The notes under the pieces were generated by a model, which had not been told where the DNA came from, made no database searches, and worked only from the letters and a program-made list of their open reading frames with translations. From the NCBI GenBank assembly GCA_022841445.1, contig JALHRM010000001.1, positions 13,002 through 77,001 of the forward strand: 64,000 bases of DNA, given 5' to 3'. Made by a program: the position numbers and the translations under genes. Each line of letters opens with the position of its first letter. Position 1 is the first letter of the stretch. This document shows, in pieces, positions 1-8,262 of this stretch. The DNA is from Candidatus Saccharimonadota bacterium. Its GTDB lineage: Bacteria > Patescibacteriota > Saccharimonadia > Saccharimonadales > UBA10212.

Positions 1-1
1 A

Positions 2-1225
2 AATAAAAACATAGTTAAAGACAATACTGGCTACACTTATAAACTTGGTGATTCATACCTGCAGGGCTTAGACCAGTACGACTTGATTGTGCGTTCACCC
101 GGTATCCACCCCAGTAAAATTAAGTCAGCGAATCCTGATTTTCCAGACATCCTAAATAATGTAACCAGCAACGTTAACGAGTTTTTTGCTACCTGCCCGA
201 CTAAAAACATTATCGGCGTAACCGGAACAAAAGGAAAAGGCACGACGTCAACACTTATAACCCGGATGCTAGAAGCCACGGGTAAAACCGTGCACCTAGC
301 CGGAAATATAGGTACAGCGCCTCTTGAGCTACTGCCTGCCATAAACGCAGATGATTGGGTGGTGCTAGAACTAAGCAGTTTTCAACTGATTGACTTAAAA
401 ACCTCTCCGCGTATTGCAATTTGCCTGATGGTCGTCGATGAACACCTGGATTGGCATGCCGACCGCCCCGAATACATATATGCAAAACAGCAGCTATTCG
501 CTCATCAGAAAGAAGCAGATACGGCTATATATATGGCACAAAATCACCCTTTAACTATCGAAATAGTAAACGCCACTAACGGCAAAAAAATAGGCTTTAT
601 GGAAAGTCCAGGCGCCCATATAGATAAAAATAAAATTATTATCGATGACACCGCCATTTGTGAACTAGATGATGTTAAGCTGCCCGGCAAGCACAATTGG
701 CAAAATATTTGTGCCGCCGTAACAACGGTCTGGCAAGTAAGCAAAGATGCTGACACTATACGAGGTGTGCTCACTAACTTTCATGGATTGCCACACCGTA
801 TCGAACTAGTACGAGAATTCGAGAACGTTCGATTCTATAATGACTCCTTCGCTTCGAATCCCGGCGCGACCATAGCAGCTGCACATTCGGTGAGTGGACC
901 GAAAGTACTCATCATTGGCGGTTTCGATAGGATGCTTGATCTAACACAACTAGCAAGCGAACTGCTCAAAATAAAAGACGAATTTCGTAAGATAATGCTC
1001 ATCGGTGCATCGGCCGGGCGGCTAAAGAAAGTGATGGACGAAGCGGGCTTGAGTAATACGATTATCTGCACAGCTCAAACAATGCCCAAAATCATTGAAC
1101 ACGCCCGCTTTTTTGCCAAAAAGGGAGATTCGGTAGTCTTTTCGCCCGGTTTTCCTAGTTTTGACATGTTTAAAAACTTTGAAGACCGCGGCAATCAATT
1201 TAAAAAAACTGTGCAAGACCTATGA
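2..1225 (+). CDS. murD: UDP-N-acetylmuramoylalanine--glutamate ligase MurD (5' end cut by window edge)
   Basis: The frame is open from nt 2 (..DLIVRSPGIHP..). It has the Mur-ligase P-loop GVTGTKGKGTTS and central and C-terminal Mur ligase regions. The TGA stop overlaps the next ATG (ATGA at 1222-1225). Confidence 0.85.
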   Translation, partial: NKNIVKDNTGYTYKLGDSYLQGLDQYDLIVRSPGIHPSKIKSANPDFPDILNNVTSNVNEFFATCPTKNIIGVTGTKGKGTTSTLITRMLEATGKTVHLAGNIGTAPLELLPAINADDWVVLELSSFQLIDLKTSPRIAICLMVVDEHLDWHADRPEYIYAKQQLFAHQKEADTAIYMAQNHPLTIEIVNATNGKKIGFMESPGAHIDKNKIIIDDTAICELDDVKLPGKHNWQNICAAVTTVWQVSKDADTIRGVLTNFHGLPHRIELVREFENVRFYNDSFASNPGATIAAAHSVSGPKVLIIGGFDRMLDLTQLASELLKIKDEFRKIMLIGASAGRLKKVMDEAGLSNTIICTAQTMPKIIEHARFFAKKGDSVVFSPGFPSFDMFKNFEDRGNQFKKTVQDL

Positions 1226-2508
1226 AATACCAGAAGTTTATTTTTAAGAACTACGAGTTTGATGCGTCTTCAGGGATACTAAATCTTTACTACAGTTACG
1301 ACGATACTATTAATTTTGTAGAAACATATGTCTTTGACTTCCCGCTCAAACAATATGATGAACAAGCAGCCAAGCGGGCAATTGAGATACTATTTTTTGT
1401 AGCCGGTGTTTCCTATTACAAGACCTACTTGGCGAAGGAAATAGTTGTTGAGTCGGGTTTGATAGATGCGCCAACTGCTAGTTTTCTGGAACGAACATAT
1501 CAGCGTGGGCTTGGCGAATTTTTCTATATAAACAGACTTAGTCCAAATACGCCGGTTACTTTTCCCGTGAACAGTGAATCACTGCCTACTGTTAATCACT
1601 CATCGCGCACGGGGCTACTCATTGGCCTGGGCGGAGGCAAAGATTCTTTGGTAAGTGTTGAAATTTTAAGGAATCAGCCAAATGCAGCCACCTGGAGTCT
1701 GGGGCACAAAGAACAACTTGAACCTTTGACTAAAAAAATTGGACTTCCCCATTTTTGGGTACAAAGAACATGGGACAAAACACTACTTGAACATAATAAA
1801 TTAGGCTACAACGGGCACGTACCGATATCGGCAATCTTCGCCTGCGTTGGAACAATTGTGTCCGTTTTGTCAGGCTACCTGGATGTAGTGGTGTCTAACG
1901 AACAGTCTGCCGGCGAACCAAATTTGGTTTACCAGGGAATCGAGATTAATCATCAATATTCCAAGTCTCCTCAGTTCGAGAAAGATTACCAAGGACTGCT
2001 GCATATAAAATTCGGTGAATCAACACGTTACTACTCACTGCTCAGACCACTAAGCGAAGTGTACATCGCTAAAATTTTTTCAAAAATAGCTTTTCAAAAG
2101 TATAAGTCGCTGTTCAGTTCGTGCAACAAAGCCTTTACCCATAGCAGTAATTCAATGAGTTGGTGCGGGGATTGTCCTAAATGCGCATTTACTTTCCTAA
2201 TTTTCACGCCGTTTATCGATAAAGCCGAGCTTGAATCGATATTTGGTGGTAAAAACCTGCTGCTTTCCGAAGCACTAGAACCTACTTACCGACAACTGCT
2301 TGGTATCGAAGGAACAAAGCCTCTTGACTGCGTCGGCGAAATCAAAGAGTCTCGTTTTGCCATGAGACTTGCCCAGGAAATATACCCCGAGCTTAGTAAG
2401 TATGTGTTCGATATTCCGGATTCGTACAATTACACAAAAATGTCAGCCCACTTTATGCCTGAAGAAATATACCCCGAACTTATTGAAACAATAGATAAAA
2501 TTACTTAG
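1222..2508 (+). CDS. PP-loop ATP-pyrophosphatase-like protein, candidate MurL-type epimerase (hypothesis)
   Basis: The 428-aa ORF is translationally coupled to murD. It has a GLGGGKDS motif (SGGxDS-type PP-loop) about 145 aa in and a WCGDCPKC cysteine cluster. I could not recognise the N-terminal 140 aa. Confidence 0.4.
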   Translation: MKYQKFIFKNYEFDASSGILNLYYSYDDTINFVETYVFDFPLKQYDEQAAKRAIEILFFVAGVSYYKTYLAKEIVVESGLIDAPTASFLERTYQRGLGEFFYINRLSPNTPVTFPVNSESLPTVNHSSRTGLLIGLGGGKDSLVSVEILRNQPNAATWSLGHKEQLEPLTKKIGLPHFWVQRTWDKTLLEHNKLGYNGHVPISAIFACVGTIVSVLSGYLDVVVSNEQSAGEPNLVYQGIEINHQYSKSPQFEKDYQGLLHIKFGESTRYYSLLRPLSEVYIAKIFSKIAFQKYKSLFSSCNKAFTHSSNSMSWCGDCPKCAFTFLIFTPFIDKAELESIFGGKNLLLSEALEPTYRQLLGIEGTKPLDCVGEIKESRFAMRLAQEIYPELSKYVFDIPDSYNYTKMSAHFMPEEIYPELIETIDKIT

Positions 2509-3308
2509 CTGGTTGTGCGTTGAGCCGCACGGATGACATTTTCGAACAATGCACAGACAGTCAGCGGCCCTACCCCGCCTTTTTCAGGGGTAATGGTGAT
2601 ATCGGGTAGCTCACGAACAGCAGGGTCAACATCACCAACCAGGCCATTTTTGTCTGTCGCCACACCGGCATCGACAATAACAGCATTCTGCTTTAGCATA
2701 TCGGCTTTAATAAGGTTTGGCACACCAGTTGCCGTAACAATAACATCGGCATCTTTCAGTTCTTCATATAAATCTGTCTGACGATTGGCGACGATTGGCT
2801 TCAAACTAGATTGTCCCCACATACGAGCCAGTGGAGCACCAACAAGCCGGCCACGACCGACAATAACCAGTTTTTTGCCCTCTAAAGCAACGTTGTAGCC
2901 AGCCAGTAGCCAGATAATTGCCATTGGAGTGGCAGGGTCAAATGTAGTCTTTGCCGCTAAACCATCGACGTCTTTTTCGGCTGCCACGGCGTTAAGAACT
3001 TCGTCCGTACCCTCAGGATCAGGGAGCGGGATTTGAACAATCATGCCGTGTACTGATGCATCGTCATTCAGTTCGCGAATCTTTGCTGCGGCGTCCTTTT
3101 GATCAACAACAACTATGTCGACCTCAATACCGATGTCATTGCCATACCCTTGTTTGAGTCGCATATAGCTATCAACGACCGGATCCGGATTTGTCCGAAT
3201 GATTGCCAGTTTGGGCTGCACATTATGCGCTTGGCGGAGTGCCCGGACTGTTTTGGCCTGGCGCTCTTTAATAAAGCCGGCTAATTCCCGACCGTTCAAA
3301 ATTTTCAT
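2505..3308 (-). CDS. folD: Bifunctional methylenetetrahydrofolate dehydrogenase/cyclohydrolase FolD
   Basis: MKILNGRELAGFIKERQ.. N-terminus, a Rossmann segment VIVGRGRLVGAPLA, and GGVGPLTVCALFENV near the C-terminus. Length is 267 aa. Confidence 0.9.
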   Translation of the reverse strand: MKILNGRELAGFIKERQAKTVRALRQAHNVQPKLAIIRTNPDPVVDSYMRLKQGYGNDIGIEVDIVVVDQKDAAAKIRELNDDASVHGMIVQIPLPDPEGTDEVLNAVAAEKDVDGLAAKTTFDPATPMAIIWLLAGYNVALEGKKLVIVGRGRLVGAPLARMWGQSSLKPIVANRQTDLYEELKDADVIVTATGVPNLIKADMLKQNAVIVDAGVATDKNGLVGDVDPAVRELPDITITPEKGGVGPLTVCALFENVIRAAQRTTS

Positions 3309-3339
3309 CAGTTATATAGTAACACCGAGCTACTAAATG

Positions 3340-3663
3340 CTAAACTACGGGGTTTGGCGGAGTAGTCGTACCATCAGTTGAAGTTGAATCACCTTCAGGC
3401 TGAGCTGGTTCACCCATAGGAGTTGCTGGTTGTTCAGAAGTTGGGGCGGGAAACGGTGCGGCTGCAGCAGGTGGCTCAGTCGATACTGGGGGTTGCTCCG
3501 GTGCTAGATTCGGTGAAGGTGGTTCCTGCGGCGGAGCAGTTTGTGTTGGAGGAGTTACATCCTGTACTACCTCTGTTGGTAGTTCCTGCGCAGGACTGGC
3601 CGATGGTATTGTCTGTTGGTCTGCGGGCTTAGATTTTCCGAACAATTTGCTTAAAAAACTCAT
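3340..3663 (-). CDS. Proline-rich low-complexity protein (hypothetical)
   Basis: 107-aa ORF immediately upstream of folD on the same strand. Composition is P/A/E/T-rich and disordered, with no recognisable domain. Confidence 0.45.
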   Translation of the reverse strand: MSFLSKLFGKSKPADQQTIPSASPAQELPTEVVQDVTPPTQTAPPQEPPSPNLAPEQPPVSTEPPAAAAPFPAPTSEQPATPMGEPAQPEGDSTSTDGTTTPPNPVV

Positions 3664-3769
3664 TCATTACCCTCTCAAGTTACTGCTTATGTCCTTAATT
3701 ATACTCTCAACACTTTTCATGACAATACCAAGCGCATACCGCAAGTGCTTAATATTTTCTATCATAATA

Positions 3770-3798
3770 TTGACATTTAATAACGTACCTGCTTTAAT
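3770..3798 (+). promoter_or_regulatory. Sigma70-like promoter candidate (TTGACA-N17-TTTAAT)
   Basis: TTGACA at 3770-3775, a 17-nt spacer, and TTTAAT at 3793-3798. It lies about 30 nt upstream of the 3829 ATG. Confidence 0.5.
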
Positions 3799-3828
3799 AT
3801 ATGATAAGTGAGAGGTTCTAGTTGTTCT

Positions 3829-6384
3829 ATGTCAAAAAATAGCCCGTCCAGTTGGACTAAACTACAATCAAACCTGCAGATAGTAACTGCATCCTTGATT
3901 TTTGTGTCATCACTACTATTACCGATATTTTCTTATACCAAATCATACGCTGCACCAGCGACACTACTAAATGGCGGTCTTGAGCAAGTAACCGGCACTA
4001 CACCTGATTGTTTTAGTCAATCTGGCTGGGGTGATCACGATTTAGCATGGGAACTAACCGATGATACGCACTCTGGCAATGTCGCGCAGTCAGTTACCAT
4101 CGGCAACTATGTCAGTGGTGACCGCAAACTTATGATGACCGAAAACGCTGCCTGTGCGCCCGCGGTTATTCCCGGAGAAGCATACAACATATCCCTGTGG
4201 TACAAGTCATCGTCAATCAGAAACTCACTTACCGTGTTCCGACACTCAGTTGCTGGCTGGACATATTGGACAGACTTAAAAGCCCTGCCTGTAACAGATG
4301 CCTGGACTGAGGTTACAGCAACAACTCCGGCAATACCCGCGGGCACAGACCAAATTTCGTTTGGTGTTTCTATATCGGCAGACGGCACACTCGTCACTGA
4401 TGATTACGGTTTAACGCGAGTTGGCGGTGACCCTGAACCAGAACCTGAGCCAGAACCGCCCACCGAGCTAAGCGTTAATCCAGGCTTGGAAGAAGGTGGT
4501 AACCCGCCGGCTAATTGGTTCTTGGCGGGTTGGGGTGACGCCGCAGTTAACGCTACCGTTACAAATGATGCACATAGCGGCGACCGAGCATACACAATTG
4601 AGCTAAACGGCCGCACGCAAGGTGATTTCAAACTCATACCGACCGAAGCCTCTGCGCCTCAGGTACAGCCAGGAAACATATACAATCTCTCGGCATGGTA
4701 CAAATCTACTACCGATCAAAATAGCGTTACGATTTTTGCCCACACCGCAGCCGGATGGGGATATTGGACTGATCTTCAGACACTACCAATGGCAAATGAT
4801 TGGACAAAGTTCACTATTGCAACACCTCAAATACCTCCGGGCATCGACGCCATCGCCTGGGGCGTGTCAATTTTTGGCGATGGAACGCTTGTTACCGACG
4901 ATTATTCAACAATGCTTCAAGGTCAGGCAGCACCACCACCCGAAGGCCCGGCCACTCAAGGCGAATGGACAGTGCTGGATTACGAGCTACCAATTCGTGC
5001 TATACATTCCACTCTGCTTTATAACGGCAAAGTGCTGCTTATAGCTGGTTCCGGCAATAGTGTTGAAGACTTTGAGGCAGGCACATTTAAGGCAAGCATC
5101 TGGGATCCAATCAGTGGGGTATTTAACACGCTTGATGTGCCTAAGGATATGTTCTGCGCCGGTCATGTAACACTGGCTGACGGGAGAGTTCTTATACAAG
5201 GCGGCACTAAATCTTACCCAACTACTGCCACTGCAGCTGATTACGGTGGCTTGAAAGATTCCTGGATTTTTGACCCAGAAACTGAAACGTTCACCGCCAC
5301 AAACGATGCTAATGAAGGACACTGGTACCCAACGCTTACGCAGCTAGGCAACGGCGATGTATGGATGGCAGGAGGCTTGAAAGAAGATACTACTGGTGCA
5401 GTCAATACTGAGTACTTCGACTTTGAAACAGAACAGTGGCTGCCTACAGGGCAAGTTCCGCAAACATGGTCGTTCTGGGGGCTTTACCCGCATATGTTCC
5501 TGATGCAAGATGGTCGTTTGTTCTACAGTGGCGGGCACACTTTCGGCAATAATATACCCGGTACCGGCGCAGCAATCTACGATTACCAAAATGCCACCAT
5601 TGCTGAGGTTCCTGGTCTCCGCGAAAAAGACATGCGGGATCAGTCAGCATCAGTCCTACTTCCACCAGCTCAAGATCAAAAAGTGCTCATCACGGGTGGC
5701 GGGAACATCAATACTGCAAACCCTGGCATCAAACTAACTGACATTATTGACCTAAAACAACCAAACCCTATTTACCAACCTGGGCCAGACCTACCAGGAC
5801 TTGGCAAAATGTATGTCAATGCAACTATCCTGCCTGATCGAACAGTATTCCTAAGTAATGGCGGCCAGCTTAACCGTGATGATTCCACCAACGTGATGAC
5901 CGCCGCCGTATACGACCCCGAAACCAACACCATGAAGCCTGTAGCGGCCGACCCAATCGGCCGTAACTACCACAGTTCTTCGGTACTATTACCTGACGGA
6001 CGTGTAGTAGTGCTTGGATCTAATCCAGGTGATGGCACATTCGAAATGCGAATTTCTGTCTACCAGCCGCCATATTCCTTCCGTACTGTTCGCCCAGATA
6101 TCACCAATGCCCCCACTCAAGCAACGTATGGCCAAAGCTTTAATTTCAACGTTAATGCTCCAAACAAACTTGTTAAGTGGGCGCAGCTTTTGCGACCAAT
6201 GTCAGTTACACACCAGACCGATTCAAACCTTCGACTTGTAGACCTGCCAATTGCGGTCAATAACGGTATTGCTACAGTGACCGTTCCTGAAAACTCCAAC
6301 TTACTGCCTCCTGGCCCGTACATGCTTACTATCACAGATTCTGACGGGATCCCTTCGATTGCAACGTGGATAATGATCCGTTAA
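3829..6384 (+). CDS. Secreted CBM-CBM copper-radical oxidase (galactose/glyoxal oxidase, AA5/GlxA-like)
   Basis: N-terminal signal/TM segment, two paralogous ~150-aa CBM_4_9-like modules joined by a PEPEPEPEPP linker, then a kelch propeller plus DUF1929-like C-terminus. Motifs include FCAGH (Cys codon 5155-5157), GHWYPT (Tyr 5326-5328), RNYHSS (Tyr-His 5968-5973) and SVTHQTD (His 6211-6213). The start could instead be GTG 3808. Confidence 0.75.
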   Translation: MSKNSPSSWTKLQSNLQIVTASLIFVSSLLLPIFSYTKSYAAPATLLNGGLEQVTGTTPDCFSQSGWGDHDLAWELTDDTHSGNVAQSVTIGNYVSGDRKLMMTENAACAPAVIPGEAYNISLWYKSSSIRNSLTVFRHSVAGWTYWTDLKALPVTDAWTEVTATTPAIPAGTDQISFGVSISADGTLVTDDYGLTRVGGDPEPEPEPEPPTELSVNPGLEEGGNPPANWFLAGWGDAAVNATVTNDAHSGDRAYTIELNGRTQGDFKLIPTEASAPQVQPGNIYNLSAWYKSTTDQNSVTIFAHTAAGWGYWTDLQTLPMANDWTKFTIATPQIPPGIDAIAWGVSIFGDGTLVTDDYSTMLQGQAAPPPEGPATQGEWTVLDYELPIRAIHSTLLYNGKVLLIAGSGNSVEDFEAGTFKASIWDPISGVFNTLDVPKDMFCAGHVTLADGRVLIQGGTKSYPTTATAADYGGLKDSWIFDPETETFTATNDANEGHWYPTLTQLGNGDVWMAGGLKEDTTGAVNTEYFDFETEQWLPTGQVPQTWSFWGLYPHMFLMQDGRLFYSGGHTFGNNIPGTGAAIYDYQNATIAEVPGLREKDMRDQSASVLLPPAQDQKVLITGGGNINTANPGIKLTDIIDLKQPNPIYQPGPDLPGLGKMYVNATILPDRTVFLSNGGQLNRDDSTNVMTAAVYDPETNTMKPVAADPIGRNYHSSSVLLPDGRVVVLGSNPGDGTFEMRISVYQPPYSFRTVRPDITNAPTQATYGQSFNFNVNAPNKLVKWAQLLRPMSVTHQTDSNLRLVDLPIAVNNGIATVTVPENSNLLPPGPYMLTITDSDGIPSIATWIMIR

Positions 6385-6397
6385 GGGGGAAATCGTC

Positions 6398-6979
6398 ATG
6401 GGAAAATCAACTAAGAAGCCGACAAAACAACCTTTGATAAAGCTTTTGCTTTCGCAGCCCCGCAGCAAAGTTATCGCCGTTGCTTCGGCAGTAGTCATAA
6501 CCATCGCTTTTGGCGTGATCGGCATACTGAAACTTATTGATGAACCGAAGGCCACCGCAGTAACAACAACTGAGGAAACGCTACAGAATCAGGTGGATGC
6601 ATCGGACGGTGCACCACGTTCCGGACGCGACCCAGCCAACCAGAAACAAAATAGTTTAGCCTCGGCTGCTTCGCAACCTACAGGCACTGGTAAGCGTGTT
6701 GCAAAGCCTGCAGCTGGAGTTAGCGGCTCAACCGTCCATAACAATCAGGCCGCCAACAACAATGCGGCCGGTTCCGGCATCGGCGCAAATGGCTGCTACG
6801 TTGACTACGGCAAGCAAGGCGAGCAGTGTGTTCCGGTGCATGCAGCCACCAACGGCGTTTTGACGTGCGATGGTGTCCGCACCCACGGCGGGTTCCCGAA
6901 CGGTGTTATTGTGAGTGGTACTGACCGCTTTAACCTTGACACCAACAAAGACGGCACTGCTTGCGGTGCTGGCGACTAA
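6398..6979 (+). CDS. Membrane-anchored protein with Excalibur-like Ca-binding C-terminus
   Basis: N-terminal TM segment (VIAVASAVVITIAFGVIGIL), a low-complexity linker, and a C-terminal CDGVRTHGG..DRFNLDTNKDGTACG pattern resembling the Excalibur domain. Confidence 0.45.
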   Translation: MGKSTKKPTKQPLIKLLLSQPRSKVIAVASAVVITIAFGVIGILKLIDEPKATAVTTTEETLQNQVDASDGAPRSGRDPANQKQNSLASAASQPTGTGKRVAKPAAGVSGSTVHNNQAANNNAAGSGIGANGCYVDYGKQGEQCVPVHAATNGVLTCDGVRTHGGFPNGVIVSGTDRFNLDTNKDGTACGAGD

Positions 6980-6982
6980 ACT

Positions 6983-7627
6983 CTAGGCCAAGTGGCCGAT
7001 GTTTGGAACGCTTTCGGCACCATGTAAGCTAAATTGCGCCCTTGTAACAAGACCTGTTTCTACGCCCATAAAGCTAAAACCTGCACCTAATGCTGCATGC
7101 ATATCATGAAGTCCGTCGCCAACGTACAAAACTTCGGCTGGACTAAACTGTAAACCTTTGATCCAATCTAGCGCAGGATCAAAAACCCTATGATCAGGCT
7201 TATGAAATAACGTGTCTTCGGCTGTTTGAGTGTAATCCAGAAGGTTTCGAGGAATTTTATGCAACTCTAAGTCGTGCTCAAAGCTAAACCGGCTTGTAGC
7301 AGTTATGATGCCAATTAATCTACCGGAATCTTTAATGTGTCCCAAAACAGGTATTGAAAACGTGAAGAGTTCTTTTGGAAAGTCTTCGTGACAGGCGGTA
7401 TTATTCGCCATTGCTTGCTCAACATCATCAGTACCGTAAAGTACACAGACGAGTTCTGAAAGAGGTTTACCCCAGTAAGTTTCAAGTTCTTTATCAGTTA
7501 GATCTTTTCCATAGTATTTTTTAGCAACATGCTTATGGTGTTTCCATTTGTTGTTTATAGTACCAACAAGCGTGTCATCATGATCAAGTAATACTACTTT
7601 TATGTGATCGCCTATGTGCTTAGCCAT
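6983..7627 (-). CDS. HAD-superfamily hydrolase
   Basis: Motif I VLLDHDDTLV and motif IV YVGDGLHDMHAA. Length is 214 aa. Confidence 0.7.
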   Translation of the reverse strand: MAKHIGDHIKVVLLDHDDTLVGTINNKWKHHKHVAKKYYGKDLTDKELETYWGKPLSELVCVLYGTDDVEQAMANNTACHEDFPKELFTFSIPVLGHIKDSGRLIGIITATSRFSFEHDLELHKIPRNLLDYTQTAEDTLFHKPDHRVFDPALDWIKGLQFSPAEVLYVGDGLHDMHAALGAGFSFMGVETGLVTRAQFSLHGAESVPNIGHLA

Positions 7628-7743
7628 GCAAAAATAATAGCAAACTGCTGGGATAGGACTGAAACTATGATTGAGATAGCAGCAATGACACTTTAATAAA
7701 GTAAAATTGCTTTATTTTGTGCCTACGAAGATGGGCACTGCAC

Positions 7744-8238
7744 CTACTCGGCAGTATCATGGGGCGTTTCTTCGTCAGTCTTGCCTTTTGCATGAGCTTC
7801 CCACCCTCCTGGCGTACCTTGGGCTGCCATTATATCGCTAATTTCCCTGATCGGAATGTACGCCAACGCATCCTCCGCAACAAGCAATTCAATTTCTGGC
7901 TCGTCAGAATCCGGATCTTTACACTCACTAAAAAGATAGGTCTTTAGGTTACTAACAACTACTAACTGAACACCATAAATGGTTTCAATTCTTTCTAGAA
8001 AGCCCTCAAAAATATATGGGGACAAAGATTGACGACCATCATGATCAACCAGCCTATCAAAATAGATTTTAGTAACAACACTACTCTCTATCCCACTACT
8101 ATCAAGTTCCAATGGGTCAACAATTAGTAGATCTTCGAGCATTCCAATATGTCTCTGAACTCGTTCAGTTTCTTCAACTGGATCGAATGGAGCCCAAAGA
8201 CTATCATTATTTGGATTGCCGGAGCTAGTTTCACTCAC
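7744..8238 (-). CDS. Highly acidic hypothetical protein
   Basis: 164-aa ORF rich in D/E, with no signal peptide and no recognisable motif. Confidence 0.4.
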   Translation of the reverse strand: MSETSSGNPNNDSLWAPFDPVEETERVQRHIGMLEDLLIVDPLELDSSGIESSVVTKIYFDRLVDHDGRQSLSPYIFEGFLERIETIYGVQLVVVSNLKTYLFSECKDPDSDEPEIELLVAEDALAYIPIREISDIMAAQGTPGGWEAHAKGKTDEETPHDTAE

Positions 8239-8262
8239 CTAAATTATCTTTCAAATACTGCG

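Noticed and set aside
4434-4460. GAACCn/GAGCCn repeats encoding PEPEPEPEPP, considered as a slippage-prone contingency tract
   Set aside because: The nucleotide repeat is imperfect (mixed CCT/CCA/CCG and GAA/GAG codons). It behaves as an ordinary Pro-Glu interdomain linker, and any slippage in 6-nt units would stay in frame.
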